Assembly: GCA_964643435.1 (NCBI GenBank)
Contig: CAZXPY010000003.1
Span: 20,344-84,343, forward strand
From: an uncultured Gammaproteobacteria bacterium
GTDB lineage: Bacteria; Patescibacteriota; Microgenomatia; Woykebacterales; RBG-16-39-9b
DNA length: 64,000 nt
Reading direction: 5' to 3'
Positions 38,754 through 48,362 of the stretch are shown here, one piece after another. The first letter of the stretch is position 1, and the number at the start of each line of letters is the position of its first letter. The notes below the pieces were generated by a model, which made no database searches, was not told the DNA's origin, and saw nothing but the letters and a program-made list of their open reading frames with translations. The position numbers and the translations under genes were made by a program.

Positions 38754-39746
38754 TTGGTCGAGAAATGCCTACACGGGGATGATCCTGACGATTGTTTAAT
38801 TTGTGATTTACCTAAATCACCTAAACTTTCAGATCTTGAGGAAGAAATTATTAGGGGCTTACATGGAGAAGCTGAAGGCGCACCCGAAAAAGTTCCTCTT
38901 GAGTACAGCGAACTTCCTTCTGGTGTTGCCTTAATCGTTGATCTGGACAATTTTATTGCCAGCGCCAAACCAAAAGGTCTAAGACTTTCGGGCAAGGTTT
39001 TAACTGAAAAAGCCCGAAGCTTTGGTAAAGTTTTGCACGCTCACGCCTATAGCGACTTTACCCAAGTTGGTCAAGATATCGTCAAAGACCTTTATATCAA
39101 CGGTATAAGAATGATTCATTGCCCAAAGTTGCCTGTGGCCACTGAAAGCGGTGGGACCGATCTTAAAGACACGGTCGATCCGGTCTTCATCGAAGGCGTC
39201 CACACCCTCTTGTTTGACGAGAGGGTTGGTACTTTCATCTTTGCCGCTGGGGACAGAGATTATCTGCCAGCCTTAAACACGGTTCGACAGCAGGGTCGAA
39301 AAACCGTTGTGTTGCTACCAGGTCACGCCCACAGTCTCTTAAGAGCAAGAGCGGACGAAGTAGTGGATATCTTTGGTCCGCTAACAGCGGAAATTGACGA
39401 ACTCCCGGGAAGGTTTCTCCGGCTTACCCTTCCCGATATGAGGGAAGCTCTCCTCGCTGATTCCGACACTGCTTTTACCGTGGAATTCGTCGCCGATGTC
39501 TTCAAAGCAATAAAGCCCTTTCTTTCGCAAGCGGCCGCACTTGGTTACTTACAAATCGAAACAATTGTTTTGGCGAAAAGACGGGAGTTTCGCCACCAAC
39601 TACTTGGCGGAGAGCTGGACATCAAAAAGGCTCTCCAAGCCCTAGTTGACGGCGGGGTAATTATCCAAAACACAAAAAGAAAGGAAGTAAAATATTACGT
39701 AGTTAATTTGGAACACCCTTTTACCATCTTGGCAGAAGAGATCTAA
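38754..39746 (+). CDS. NYN-domain nuclease with an N-terminal Cys cluster and a C-terminal OST-HTH/LOTUS-like domain (330 aa, TTG start)
   Basis: VALIVDLDNF and FAAGDRDYLPALNTVRQQGRKTVVL NYN motifs; CLHGDDPDDCLICD at the N-terminus; AGGAG 5 nt upstream of the start. Confidence 0.6.
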   Translation: MVEKCLHGDDPDDCLICDLPKSPKLSDLEEEIIRGLHGEAEGAPEKVPLEYSELPSGVALIVDLDNFIASAKPKGLRLSGKVLTEKARSFGKVLHAHAYSDFTQVGQDIVKDLYINGIRMIHCPKLPVATESGGTDLKDTVDPVFIEGVHTLLFDERVGTFIFAAGDRDYLPALNTVRQQGRKTVVLLPGHAHSLLRARADEVVDIFGPLTAEIDELPGRFLRLTLPDMREALLADSDTAFTVEFVADVFKAIKPFLSQAAALGYLQIETIVLAKRREFRHQLLGGELDIKKALQALVDGGVIIQNTKRKEVKYYVVNLEHPFTILAEEI

Positions 39747-39752
39747 GTTCTC

Positions 39753-39786
39753 AAAGCCATCCGGCCCTCGTCGGATGGCTTTTTTG
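39753..39786. terminator. intrinsic terminator AAGCCAUCCG...CGGAUGGCUU plus UUUUUG, placed between convergent genes
   Basis: 10-bp stem and a U tract on the plus strand; it also lies downstream of the minus-strand FemAB gene. Confidence 0.55.
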
Positions 39787-39789
39787 CTT

Positions 39790-40689
39790 CTAAAAAACCT
39801 CACCAACTTTGAAAAGAGTTTTTATTAAAGGGTTGTAGTATTTAGTAAAAGAGCCAATAAAAGTAACTTCTTCTCCGCCAAATCCGCGTTTAAAATGACT
39901 AAACCCCTGCCACCTTTTCGTGTAAGGAATTCGGCTATCTTCAATTCCTTCCAAATCTAGGATTTCGCAGCCTCTTTTTTTAGAAAGTCTTATTGTTTCC
40001 CAAAGTATAAGGTAAGAAGCGAAAAAATCTCTTTTCTGCGCACTAGAAGCAGCGTGAAGATAGTAAGAAATATTATCCCAAAAGAAAACCATCGCTGCCG
40101 CCAAAGGTTGGGTATTGGTATCTTTATGATAAGCAAAAAGCAAGGTAGCGGCATTTTCTTTAGAAAAAACCGCCCATTTTGTTCGCAATTCTTTTAAAGG
40201 ACCAATCCAAAAGCGGTTCCGCTTAGCGGTTTCTTGGTAAAGATCTAAAAAAGCTTCAAAATCCCCAGATTCTCGGACTTTTACTCCTTTTCTTATTGCA
40301 AGGTTTATTGAATATCTGGTATCTTTTTCCATTTTTTTTAGTAGTTCTTCTTCGGATACCTTTAAATCAATCTGAATTGTTTTGGTGTTGGTCAGAGCCC
40401 ACTTGTCTTGAGAGTATTGATTCCTCTTTAGGGGCGCATAAATTTTTTTATAATTGCCCGTATTATTAATTGGAAAATTTGGTTCTATTTTGACAAACAA
40501 AGCCTTATTTTCTTTAGCAATAATATCAATTTGACTAAAAGGTAAGGGGAGGTCTATTTTAGGAGCTTTAAGTATCGATCCGAAAAAAGATAAATTTTTT
40601 ATATAAATATAATTTTTAATTTCTTTAGCTTCCCAACCCAGCTTTTCTAAATACTGGGCCCAAAGCGGAGATTGGCGTAAATCAGCCAT
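39790..40689 (-). CDS. FemAB-family aminoacyl-tRNA-dependent peptidoglycan bridge-forming transferase (paralog 1)
   Basis: FemAB-family architecture and the conserved IEPN motif. Confidence 0.65.
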   Translation of the reverse strand: MADLRQSPLWAQYLEKLGWEAKEIKNYIYIKNLSFFGSILKAPKIDLPLPFSQIDIIAKENKALFVKIEPNFPINNTGNYKKIYAPLKRNQYSQDKWALTNTKTIQIDLKVSEEELLKKMEKDTRYSINLAIRKGVKVRESGDFEAFLDLYQETAKRNRFWIGPLKELRTKWAVFSKENAATLLFAYHKDTNTQPLAAAMVFFWDNISYYLHAASSAQKRDFFASYLILWETIRLSKKRGCEILDLEGIEDSRIPYTKRWQGFSHFKRGFGGEEVTFIGSFTKYYNPLIKTLFKVGEVF

Positions 40690-40697
40690 TTTTTAGT

Positions 40698-41735
40698 TTA
40701 AAACCTCAAGGTTCGTAAGTATAGCCAACGGAGTTTATCAGCCCAATTAAATAATTTGTAGTAAAGCGGATCAAGCACTAAATCAAAAGTCCCTAAAAAA
40801 GAAACCTTTTTTGGTCCAAAACCTTCTTTAAAACGGGTGAAACCAAACCAAGGATCGGTCGGATTGCTCGAATCAGTTGCCCCCCAAAGATCAAATTGCC
40901 TACAGCCAAGACTTTTACCAAGTTTAACAGCCGCCCACATCAGGGCGTGCGAACCCATAAATGAGCGGTATTCATAATCCGAACCACCGTAAGGATAATA
41001 AAGAGTGTCACCGTATTTAAAAAGTAGCCAAGAAGCGATCGGTTTAGCAAGATTTGGAATGAAAGCAGAAAGCAGATAAACTTGACCCTGGGGCTTTAAA
41101 ATTTCCCAAAGCTGGTGATAATAGGCATCGGGGTGAACAAAAAACTTAGCCCTATCCGCGGTCATTTTTTGCAAAGCTAAAAAATAATCTAAATCTTTTT
41201 TTTCACCCTCTCTGACCACGACGCCCTTTCTAGTGGCTAATTTGATGTTATAGCGCCATTTTTCCCTCATTAGAGAAAGGATTTCTGTATCTTCCTTAGT
41301 TAGATCCAAAATTAAGGTAAAAGGCGCAAAAATATTTCGGGGACTTTTTAACAAACCTTCTTCGAATAAGACTTTAAGCCAATCTGAAGTACTTTCAGGG
41401 ACGTTTGGTTCGATCCTAACAAAACAGCAGTTTTCGGAAAGAGCCCCTTTTTTAATAGCGGAAATTATATTCGGCAAATATTTTTTTTCTGAACAGACCG
41501 GTCCCTTTGGACAATAAGCCACGTATTTAGGGGAGAAAGGTATTTTGTGAAGTGTGTATTGGCAAGAGGCAACAATTTTATCGTCTTGAAAAACAGCAAT
41601 TCTGGTTGCGGGGGTTCCAAAAGAACTTTTAAACTCTCCCCAATACCATCCTTGGACAATATGTGGGGTTGGAGAAGTTTTGACAAAATTATCCCAAAGG
41701 TTTTTTTCGGAAGGAGAAACTTCCCGAGTAACCAC
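40698..41735 (-). CDS. FemAB-family aminoacyl-tRNA-dependent peptidoglycan bridge-forming transferase (paralog 2)
   Basis: FemX/FemAB-like sequence with the conserved IEPN motif. Confidence 0.65.
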   Translation of the reverse strand: MVTREVSPSEKNLWDNFVKTSPTPHIVQGWYWGEFKSSFGTPATRIAVFQDDKIVASCQYTLHKIPFSPKYVAYCPKGPVCSEKKYLPNIISAIKKGALSENCCFVRIEPNVPESTSDWLKVLFEEGLLKSPRNIFAPFTLILDLTKEDTEILSLMREKWRYNIKLATRKGVVVREGEKKDLDYFLALQKMTADRAKFFVHPDAYYHQLWEILKPQGQVYLLSAFIPNLAKPIASWLLFKYGDTLYYPYGGSDYEYRSFMGSHALMWAAVKLGKSLGCRQFDLWGATDSSNPTDPWFGFTRFKEGFGPKKVSFLGTFDLVLDPLYYKLFNWADKLRWLYLRTLRF

Positions 41736-41775
41736 TTTAGTTTACTATACACTAAAAAGAATTAGCCTTAAAGGT

Positions 41776-42537
41776 TTAAAGAGAAAGAAGATAAATATCT
41801 ACGTAGCGAGCCTTCCACCAACCTAACTTCAGATCATCAAATCCCAAGTCCACCACGGCCCCCTTAATAGCACCGCCAGTATCGCCAGCAACGGCAAAAC
41901 CATATCCGGGTATATAAATTTTCGTGCCTAAAGAAATCACTTTTGGATCCACGGCCACTACACCGTACCCTGCTTTTAAACCAGTAGCCGTAGTTTCGTT
42001 ACAACCGGGGCAGTTTTTATCATATGATGTTGCCCAGACAGTTAACTTTTTCCAATAGTTCACTATTTCTTGATTAGTTTGTAATTCCTTCCAGATAACT
42101 TTAGTTCCCTTTTTGATTACTTTTGGAATAGGGTTGGCAATTTTTTGGCTTATTATCTCTTGGGCAAATTTTTTACTTTGAAAAAAGGTAATTTTTATTG
42201 TTGACATTTTTTCACCTTCTCTTCCTTCATTAACGATAATAGATTCTCCAAGTTCAAGATTTCCGTCTTTGATCTCTTGAATTGGAGAAGGTATTGGTTC
42301 CCGCTTGGTAAGGAATTCGTAAGTGAAAGAAGAGGTTGTTTGGATAGTTATTGGTTGATTTAAAATAGAGCCGATTTCTTCACTGGCGACGGCTTCAGGA
42401 GTCAAAGAAATTCTAAAAACATTTAAAATAAAAAGAAATAAAAGAACTAAACCACCACTAGCTTGGAACTTAAGTTTGGGCAGGAGTTTTAGTAAAAACC
42501 CTCGGTAAAGGGGACGCACGTTTTTTAGCGTCCACAT
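41776..42537 (-). CDS. 3D-domain (MltA/YuiC-like) cell-wall protein with a signal-anchor
   Basis: C-terminal VWATSYD...GYGVVAVDPKVISLGTKIYIPGYGFAVAGDTGGAIKG 3D domain. Confidence 0.55.
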   Translation of the reverse strand: MWTLKNVRPLYRGFLLKLLPKLKFQASGGLVLLFLFILNVFRISLTPEAVASEEIGSILNQPITIQTTSSFTYEFLTKREPIPSPIQEIKDGNLELGESIIVNEGREGEKMSTIKITFFQSKKFAQEIISQKIANPIPKVIKKGTKVIWKELQTNQEIVNYWKKLTVWATSYDKNCPGCNETTATGLKAGYGVVAVDPKVISLGTKIYIPGYGFAVAGDTGGAIKGAVVDLGFDDLKLGWWKARYVDIYLLSL

Positions 42538-42563
42538 AGAATAGTGTTGATTATATCATAAAG

Positions 42564-44444
42564 TTAAAACCGGATCGGGATTATTAATTCTGCGGGTATT
42601 TCTAGGATAAATCTAGAAAGAATACCTTCTATTTTCGCTCCAAAATATAAACGCCGCCGGGCAAAAGAAAGATAGAGTTGTTCCTTAGCCCGCGTGATAC
42701 CAACAAAAGCAAGCCTGCGTTCCTCTTCTATTTCAAAAGAATCTCCTTGGGAATTTGAGTGAGGAAAAAGACCTTCTTCCATGCCAACCATAAATACAAC
42801 TGGAAACTCCAATCCTTTAGCGGCGTGGGCGGTCATTAGAGTAACTGCGTTTGGTTTGCGTTTTTCCAAGGAAGGTTTTGCTGGTCCGTATTCTCTTTCC
42901 ACCAGAGCAACGTTCTCCAAAAAATCGCTTATATGCGGAAATTCGGAAGCGACGCTACGGAGTTCCTTTACATTTTCAATTCTTGCCGCTCCCTCGGTAC
43001 TCCCATCATCAAGCCACGCTAGATATTTGGTTTGCGAAAGGACCAAATCAATTATTTCTAAACTAGTAAGTCCGCGGCTGTTTTCCCGCAGTTGCTCAAT
43101 AAATTTGTTAAAAGCATCTATCTTTTCGCCGAGCGTTTTTAAAGCGACAGGCCCAATACCGCGAGGCGGGACATTGATAATTCGTTTGTAAGAAACTTTA
43201 TCTTGCGAGTTTAATACTAGGCGTAAGTATGAGAGCACATCTTTTACTTCCCGGCGTTCGTAAAATCGGACACCGCCAACCAAAATATAGGGGATTCCTT
43301 CTCGAAGAAAAACCTCCTCAATTACTCGGGACTGGGCGTTAGTTCGGTAAAGTACGGCAAATGACTGGTAGGAAAAATTTTGGTTTGAAATTAATTTATT
43401 GATTACGCGACACAAAAAATCAGCCTCGTCTGTTTCGTTATTTGCTTCATAAAGAATAATTGGGGACCCTTCCGGGTTTTCTGTCCAAAGATTTAAAACA
43501 GGATGGGAGCGGTTTTTCGATATTATTTCAGTAGCGGCGGCCAGAATTTTTTTAGTAGACCGGTAGTTTTGGTCAAGGTTAAAAACTTTGGTTTCCGGGA
43601 AATCGGAAGAAAAATTTAAGATATTTCGAAAATCCGCGCCCCGCCAGCCGTATATGGCTTGAGAAGCATCGCCCACCACAAAAATATTATGGTGATTAGT
43701 TGCCAAAAGTTTGGAAAAAATATACTGGGCGTGGTTGGTGTCTTGATATTCATCCACCAAGATAAACTGCCAGCGAGTTTGGTATTTTTTTAAAATTTCT
43801 GGGTACTTTTCAAACAAAATCACTACTTTCATCAAGAGATCTTCGAAATCAGCGGCATTGTGTTCCTCCAGACCCTTTTGATAAAGATTGTAAACTCTGG
43901 CAACGATTTCTTGCTGGAAAAACCCTTGGGCAAGATTAGAATATTCTCTTACACCAATTAATTCGTTTTTGGCTGACTCAATAGCCCCCTTTATGGATCC
44001 TGGCGAAAACCTTTTTGGATCGATATTTAGTTGCCTCGTCACTTCTTTAATTAATGCTAATGAATCATCTTCGTCAAAAATTACAAATCCTTTTCCAAGA
44101 CCAAGATAACCACCGTCTTCCCGTAAGATTTTTGCTCCAAGCGAATGAAAAGTCCCTATCAATGGGTTTTCTAGTCGGTGATCAGTAGATCGTAAGCTCA
44201 ACAATTTAGCTACCCGTTCCTTCATTTCATTCGCCGCTTTGTTAGTAAAGGTAACGGCAAGGATTTCTTCTGGTGTAGTACCCTTTTCTTTAATAAGATA
44301 AGCGATTCGGTGGGTGATTATCCTGGTTTTTCCGCTGCCTGGTCCAGAAAGAACCAAAGCCGGTCCTTCGATATGGAAAACTGCTTCTTTTTGCTTCGCG
44401 TTTAGGTAAGAAAGGATATCTTCCATAGAAAAAAATTCTATCAC
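42564..44444 (-). CDS. pcrA: ATP-dependent DNA helicase PcrA/UvrD
   Basis: SGPGSGKT Walker A and UvrD/Rep helicase motifs. Confidence 0.85.
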   Translation of the reverse strand: MIEFFSMEDILSYLNAKQKEAVFHIEGPALVLSGPGSGKTRIITHRIAYLIKEKGTTPEEILAVTFTNKAANEMKERVAKLLSLRSTDHRLENPLIGTFHSLGAKILREDGGYLGLGKGFVIFDEDDSLALIKEVTRQLNIDPKRFSPGSIKGAIESAKNELIGVREYSNLAQGFFQQEIVARVYNLYQKGLEEHNAADFEDLLMKVVILFEKYPEILKKYQTRWQFILVDEYQDTNHAQYIFSKLLATNHHNIFVVGDASQAIYGWRGADFRNILNFSSDFPETKVFNLDQNYRSTKKILAAATEIISKNRSHPVLNLWTENPEGSPIILYEANNETDEADFLCRVINKLISNQNFSYQSFAVLYRTNAQSRVIEEVFLREGIPYILVGGVRFYERREVKDVLSYLRLVLNSQDKVSYKRIINVPPRGIGPVALKTLGEKIDAFNKFIEQLRENSRGLTSLEIIDLVLSQTKYLAWLDDGSTEGAARIENVKELRSVASEFPHISDFLENVALVEREYGPAKPSLEKRKPNAVTLMTAHAAKGLEFPVVFMVGMEEGLFPHSNSQGDSFEIEEERRLAFVGITRAKEQLYLSFARRRLYFGAKIEGILSRFILEIPAELIIPIRF

Positions 44445-44494
44445 ACAAGTAACAACCGTTATGTTAATATATTTTTTGGAGGACTAGGAAATTT

Positions 44495-44770
44495 ATGAGC
44501 GTTGAGTTCTTGGATTTTTATGCAGATTGGTGTGGTCCGTGTATTATTATGGATCCAGTAATTGAAGAGATTAAAAAAGAGTATTCTGGGAAGGTTGAAA
44601 TTAGAAAAATTGATGTTGATAAAAATGAGGAAGAGCCGGCTAAGTATGGCGTGATGAGCATACCTACTTACATTCTCTTAAAGAATGGTAAGGAGGCTGA
44701 TAGAGTAGTTGGTGCCGTTCCGAAACAAGTACTAAAAAATAAAGTTGAGGCAGCCTTGCACGCTTCTTAA
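44495..44770 (+). CDS. trxA: thioredoxin
   Basis: WCGPC active site. Confidence 0.85.
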   Translation: MSVEFLDFYADWCGPCIIMDPVIEEIKKEYSGKVEIRKIDVDKNEEEPAKYGVMSIPTYILLKNGKEADRVVGAVPKQVLKNKVEAALHAS

Positions 44771-44831
44771 AACGCGATTTACTTCATTTCTCCTTCTTCC
44801 CTAAAATTTTCTGGGTGGTAAAATCATAAAG

Positions 44832-45836
44832 ATGAGATCTATTAAAAATGTAAGACTAGAAGGTAAAAAAGTCTTATTAAGAAGCGATTTTGACCTGCCA
44901 ATGAAAGATAAGGTTATTGAAGATGATACTAGGCTGAAAATATCTTCAAAAACAATTAAATTTGTTGAGAAGGCGGAAAAAGTAATTCTAATTGGCCACC
45001 TAGGAAGGCCTGCCTTTAATAAAGATAAATACTCACTCCAAATTATAAAAAAGCCGTTGCAGAAATTAATTAACGAAGAAATTTCTTTTAGTAGCTCTTA
45101 CGAAAAAATCCCGGAAGGAAAAACAATTTTGATAGAGAATCTAAGGTTTTTTCCAGGTGAGAAAGGGAATGATTTAGACTTTGCTAAAAAGCTAGCCTTT
45201 TTAGCGGATCTTTACGTGAATGATTGTTTTGCCGTCTCGCATCGAAACCATGCCTCGATTGTCGGTATTCCGAAGTTCCTCCCGTCCTATGCCGGGTTAA
45301 ATTTAGAAAAGGAAGTAGAAATTTTAGATCCCATCTTAAGAAATCCCCAAAGACCTTTAGTGGCTTTGATCGGTGGGGCGAAAATTGAGACCAAATTACC
45401 AATAATTGAAAATTTAGCTAAAATTTGTGATAGTGTTTTGATCGGCGGAAAGTTGCCTTTAGAAATTTTGAGTGGAAATTCTATTAGGCTGTTAAAAAAC
45501 GTCTTTATTGCTGATTTAAAGGAAAGAAAAGATATTAATGACAAAAGTATTAATCTATTTGTTAGTTTAATTAAAGGTGCTAAAACTATAGTTTGGAATG
45601 GGCCAATGGGAGTATTTGAGGAAGAAAAATTTTCAACTGGCACCAAAAAAATAGCCAAGTTAGTAGCAGAATCGGAAGCCTTTAGTATTGTTGGCGGAGG
45701 AGAAACTATTGCCGCCCTTGATTTTTTTGGCTATACTTCAAAAATTAAACACCTAAGTATGGGTGGTGGAGCAATGTTAGATTTTCTCGCTGGTAAAGAG
45801 TTACCAGGTTTAAAAGCCCTAGGTTATTATGAATAA
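44832..45836 (+). CDS. pgk: phosphoglycerate kinase (short form)
   Basis: RSDFDLP, HLGRP, ENLRFFPGE and WNGPMGVFE motifs. Confidence 0.8.
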   Translation: MRSIKNVRLEGKKVLLRSDFDLPMKDKVIEDDTRLKISSKTIKFVEKAEKVILIGHLGRPAFNKDKYSLQIIKKPLQKLINEEISFSSSYEKIPEGKTILIENLRFFPGEKGNDLDFAKKLAFLADLYVNDCFAVSHRNHASIVGIPKFLPSYAGLNLEKEVEILDPILRNPQRPLVALIGGAKIETKLPIIENLAKICDSVLIGGKLPLEILSGNSIRLLKNVFIADLKERKDINDKSINLFVSLIKGAKTIVWNGPMGVFEEEKFSTGTKKIAKLVAESEAFSIVGGGETIAALDFFGYTSKIKHLSMGGGAMLDFLAGKELPGLKALGYYE

Positions 45837-46539
45837 CTTAATTTTTATAGCAAATTGGAAAGCCACAAAAACAGCCAAAGAGACGGTGGAATGGGTAAAA
45901 ATAGCTAAACCTCGTTTGGAAGAAGTCCAAAACGCAACCATTGTTGTTTGCCCTTCTTTTATTTTCGTCCCGACCTTAGCCCCCTTACTAGAGGGTACAA
46001 ATATAAAGATTGGAGCTCAAGATGTATCAAAATTTAAGAATGGTGCTTACACTGGCGAAGTTACGGTAGAGATGTTAAACAACTTGGTCGATTATTGCAT
46101 CATTGGTCATTCCGAACGACGAAAATATTTCGGGGAAACAGATGAAGACGTGATAAAAAAAGCAAATCTTTTGCTCGAAGTTAAAATTACCCCCATACTT
46201 TGTATTAGTAATCTTAACCAGCTAAACTCTTATATTGAAAAGGACACGTTAATTGTTGATCAGGCCGAGAAAATAATTTTTGTCTACGAACCACCCGAGG
46301 CGATTAGCGCTGGTAAGGACTATCGGGCGCAAGATCCTAAAGAAGTAGAGAATAATCTAAAAGAAATCAGCAGTAAAGTTGGAAAGAATACCACTATCTT
46401 ATACGGGGGGAGTGTTAATTTAGGTAACACCGTAAACCTTATAGATAAAGGGGGTGTAAAAGGATTTTTAATTGGCCAAGCGAGTACTGACCCCGTAATA
46501 TTTTCAGAAATTATTTCGACAGCTACAAAAAATCTCTAA
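45829..46539 (+). CDS. tpiA: triosephosphate isomerase
   Basis: IIGHSERR active-site motif; overlaps the pgk stop. Confidence 0.8.
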   Translation: MNNLIFIANWKATKTAKETVEWVKIAKPRLEEVQNATIVVCPSFIFVPTLAPLLEGTNIKIGAQDVSKFKNGAYTGEVTVEMLNNLVDYCIIGHSERRKYFGETDEDVIKKANLLLEVKITPILCISNLNQLNSYIEKDTLIVDQAEKIIFVYEPPEAISAGKDYRAQDPKEVENNLKEISSKVGKNTTILYGGSVNLGNTVNLIDKGGVKGFLIGQASTDPVIFSEIISTATKNL

Positions 46540-46554
46540 CGAAAAAGAATTTTT

Positions 46555-47709
46555 ATGCGCTACGTAGATTTAGGTTTAATAAAACAGAATAAACTTAGGT
46601 TTAAAAAGAAAAAAAGACTATTTAAAATCGGAATATTGGTATTGGGGTTTTTAATTATTTTTCTAATTTTTAAGATTGGGGTACCAAACGAACTGCTTCT
46701 ATTTATTAGAGGTGAGGATATTTCTTTAAAATCCACCAGCGGCAGGACTAATATTTTAATTTTAGGAATCGATAAGAGAAGTAGCGTTCCTTACACTGTG
46801 GAATCAAAAGACGGTTTGGTTAAGCACGTTGGGTTTTTAGCCGACACAATTATTTTACTTTCTATTAACCGAAATACTAAAGAAGCAACCTTAATATCTA
46901 TTCCTCGAGACTTATGGGTAAAAATTCCCGGTTGGGATAATGTTAGAACCCAAGAGGGAAAGATAAATTCTAGTTACTCTCTTGGAGAGAGATTTGATTA
47001 TCCGGGTGGGGGTCTAGCTCTGGTAAAACAAGTTACTTCAGAAAATCTTGGTGTTCCAGTTCATTATGGATTAAGAATAGATTTTAGTGGGTTCAGAAAA
47101 ATGATTAACACCTTAGGTGGTGTTGACGTTAATGTCGATAATTCTTTCGATGATTACAATTATCCAATCGAAGGGAAAGAAGACGATGATTGTGGGGGAG
47201 ATTCAGAATTCCGTTGCCGTTTTGAACATATAAGGTTCGAAAAGGGATTGAATAATATGAATGGAGAAACCGCTTTGAAATTTGTTCGTTCAAGAACGGG
47301 TATCAATAATGAGGGAAGTGATTTTGCTAGAGCGGCCCGTCAACAAAAGGTAATAATTGCAATAAGGGATAAAGCCCTATCTAAAGAGACGGTTTTTGAT
47401 CCCGGTAAAGTTGCAAAACTAATCAGTGATTTTGGGGAAACAATTGAGAGTGACATAAACGCAAGCGCCTTACCGGCTTTATTTAACTTATCTAAAGAAA
47501 TTTCCTTTGAAAGGATAAAAACCTTTGTTTTAGACAACAGTAGTGACGGGGTTCTTACTAATCCGCCAAAGGAAGATTACCAAGGACTTTACGTTCTTAT
47601 TCCCAAGGACAGAGATTGGAATAAACTAAGAGCGTTTGTTAAAGGGTTACTGGCAGGTTCGGTAGTTACTAAACCAACAGTCGGAGAAAAAGGAGAGAAA
47701 ATCGAATGA
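46555..47709 (+). CDS. LytR-CpsA-Psr (LCP) family cell-envelope phosphotransferase
   Basis: N-terminal transmembrane helix; LCP core (NILILGIDKR...DTIILLSIN...ISIPRDLWV). Confidence 0.75.
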   Translation: MRYVDLGLIKQNKLRFKKKKRLFKIGILVLGFLIIFLIFKIGVPNELLLFIRGEDISLKSTSGRTNILILGIDKRSSVPYTVESKDGLVKHVGFLADTIILLSINRNTKEATLISIPRDLWVKIPGWDNVRTQEGKINSSYSLGERFDYPGGGLALVKQVTSENLGVPVHYGLRIDFSGFRKMINTLGGVDVNVDNSFDDYNYPIEGKEDDDCGGDSEFRCRFEHIRFEKGLNNMNGETALKFVRSRTGINNEGSDFARAARQQKVIIAIRDKALSKETVFDPGKVAKLISDFGETIESDINASALPALFNLSKEISFERIKTFVLDNSSDGVLTNPPKEDYQGLYVLIPKDRDWNKLRAFVKGLLAGSVVTKPTVGEKGEKIE

Positions 47710-48362
47710 TTTATATATTTTGCGGCGAAGATATTGTGTCTTCAAGAAGATATTTAATTAAATTTAAACAAAATTATCAGGAGACGGCTAGCTTTGGCGA
47801 ATCTGATTTTAGTTTTGCAAGGTTAAACGAACTAATTAATAATCAAAGTTTATTTTCAGATAAGTTTCTAATAGTTTTTGAAAATCTAAAAAAACCCCTT
47901 GAGCAGATTTTAAAATCTAAAAAAACCCCTAAACTAGATTTTGTTTTTTGGTTTGATAAAAAAATAGAAGGAGTGAAAACCAACCCTTTGTTAAAAGTGA
48001 TTGAGTTTAAAATAACTAATTATCTTTCTGTTTTCAAAGTAGCCGATGCGTTTGGTGCCAAAAGAGGAGATCTAGCAATTAGATTTCTTGAGAAAATTTG
48101 GGAAAAGACCGAATTTGAAATTATTATTGGAACACTAACCCGACAGATACGTTTGATCCTTCTTTATAAAGAGGGAAGCCTTGAAAAACTCCCGATTAGT
48201 CCCTTTATAAAGGAAAAAATCAAAGAACAAGCAGGCAGGTGGGACATAAAAGAGCTAAAAAAAGCGGCTGAGGTTCTTCTAAATTTAGATTTTACTCTCA
48301 AGAGCCGAAAAATGGAACCAAAACTTGGGTTGAGCCTTTTTTTAAATACCTTTAGCGTTTAA
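47706..48362 (+). CDS. DNA polymerase III delta-subunit-like protein (HolA N-terminal-domain-like, short)
   Basis: Weak resemblance to the HolA N-terminus; only 218 aa. Confidence 0.3.
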   Translation: MIYIFCGEDIVSSRRYLIKFKQNYQETASFGESDFSFARLNELINNQSLFSDKFLIVFENLKKPLEQILKSKKTPKLDFVFWFDKKIEGVKTNPLLKVIEFKITNYLSVFKVADAFGAKRGDLAIRFLEKIWEKTEFEIIIGTLTRQIRLILLYKEGSLEKLPISPFIKEKIKEQAGRWDIKELKKAAEVLLNLDFTLKSRKMEPKLGLSLFLNTFSV

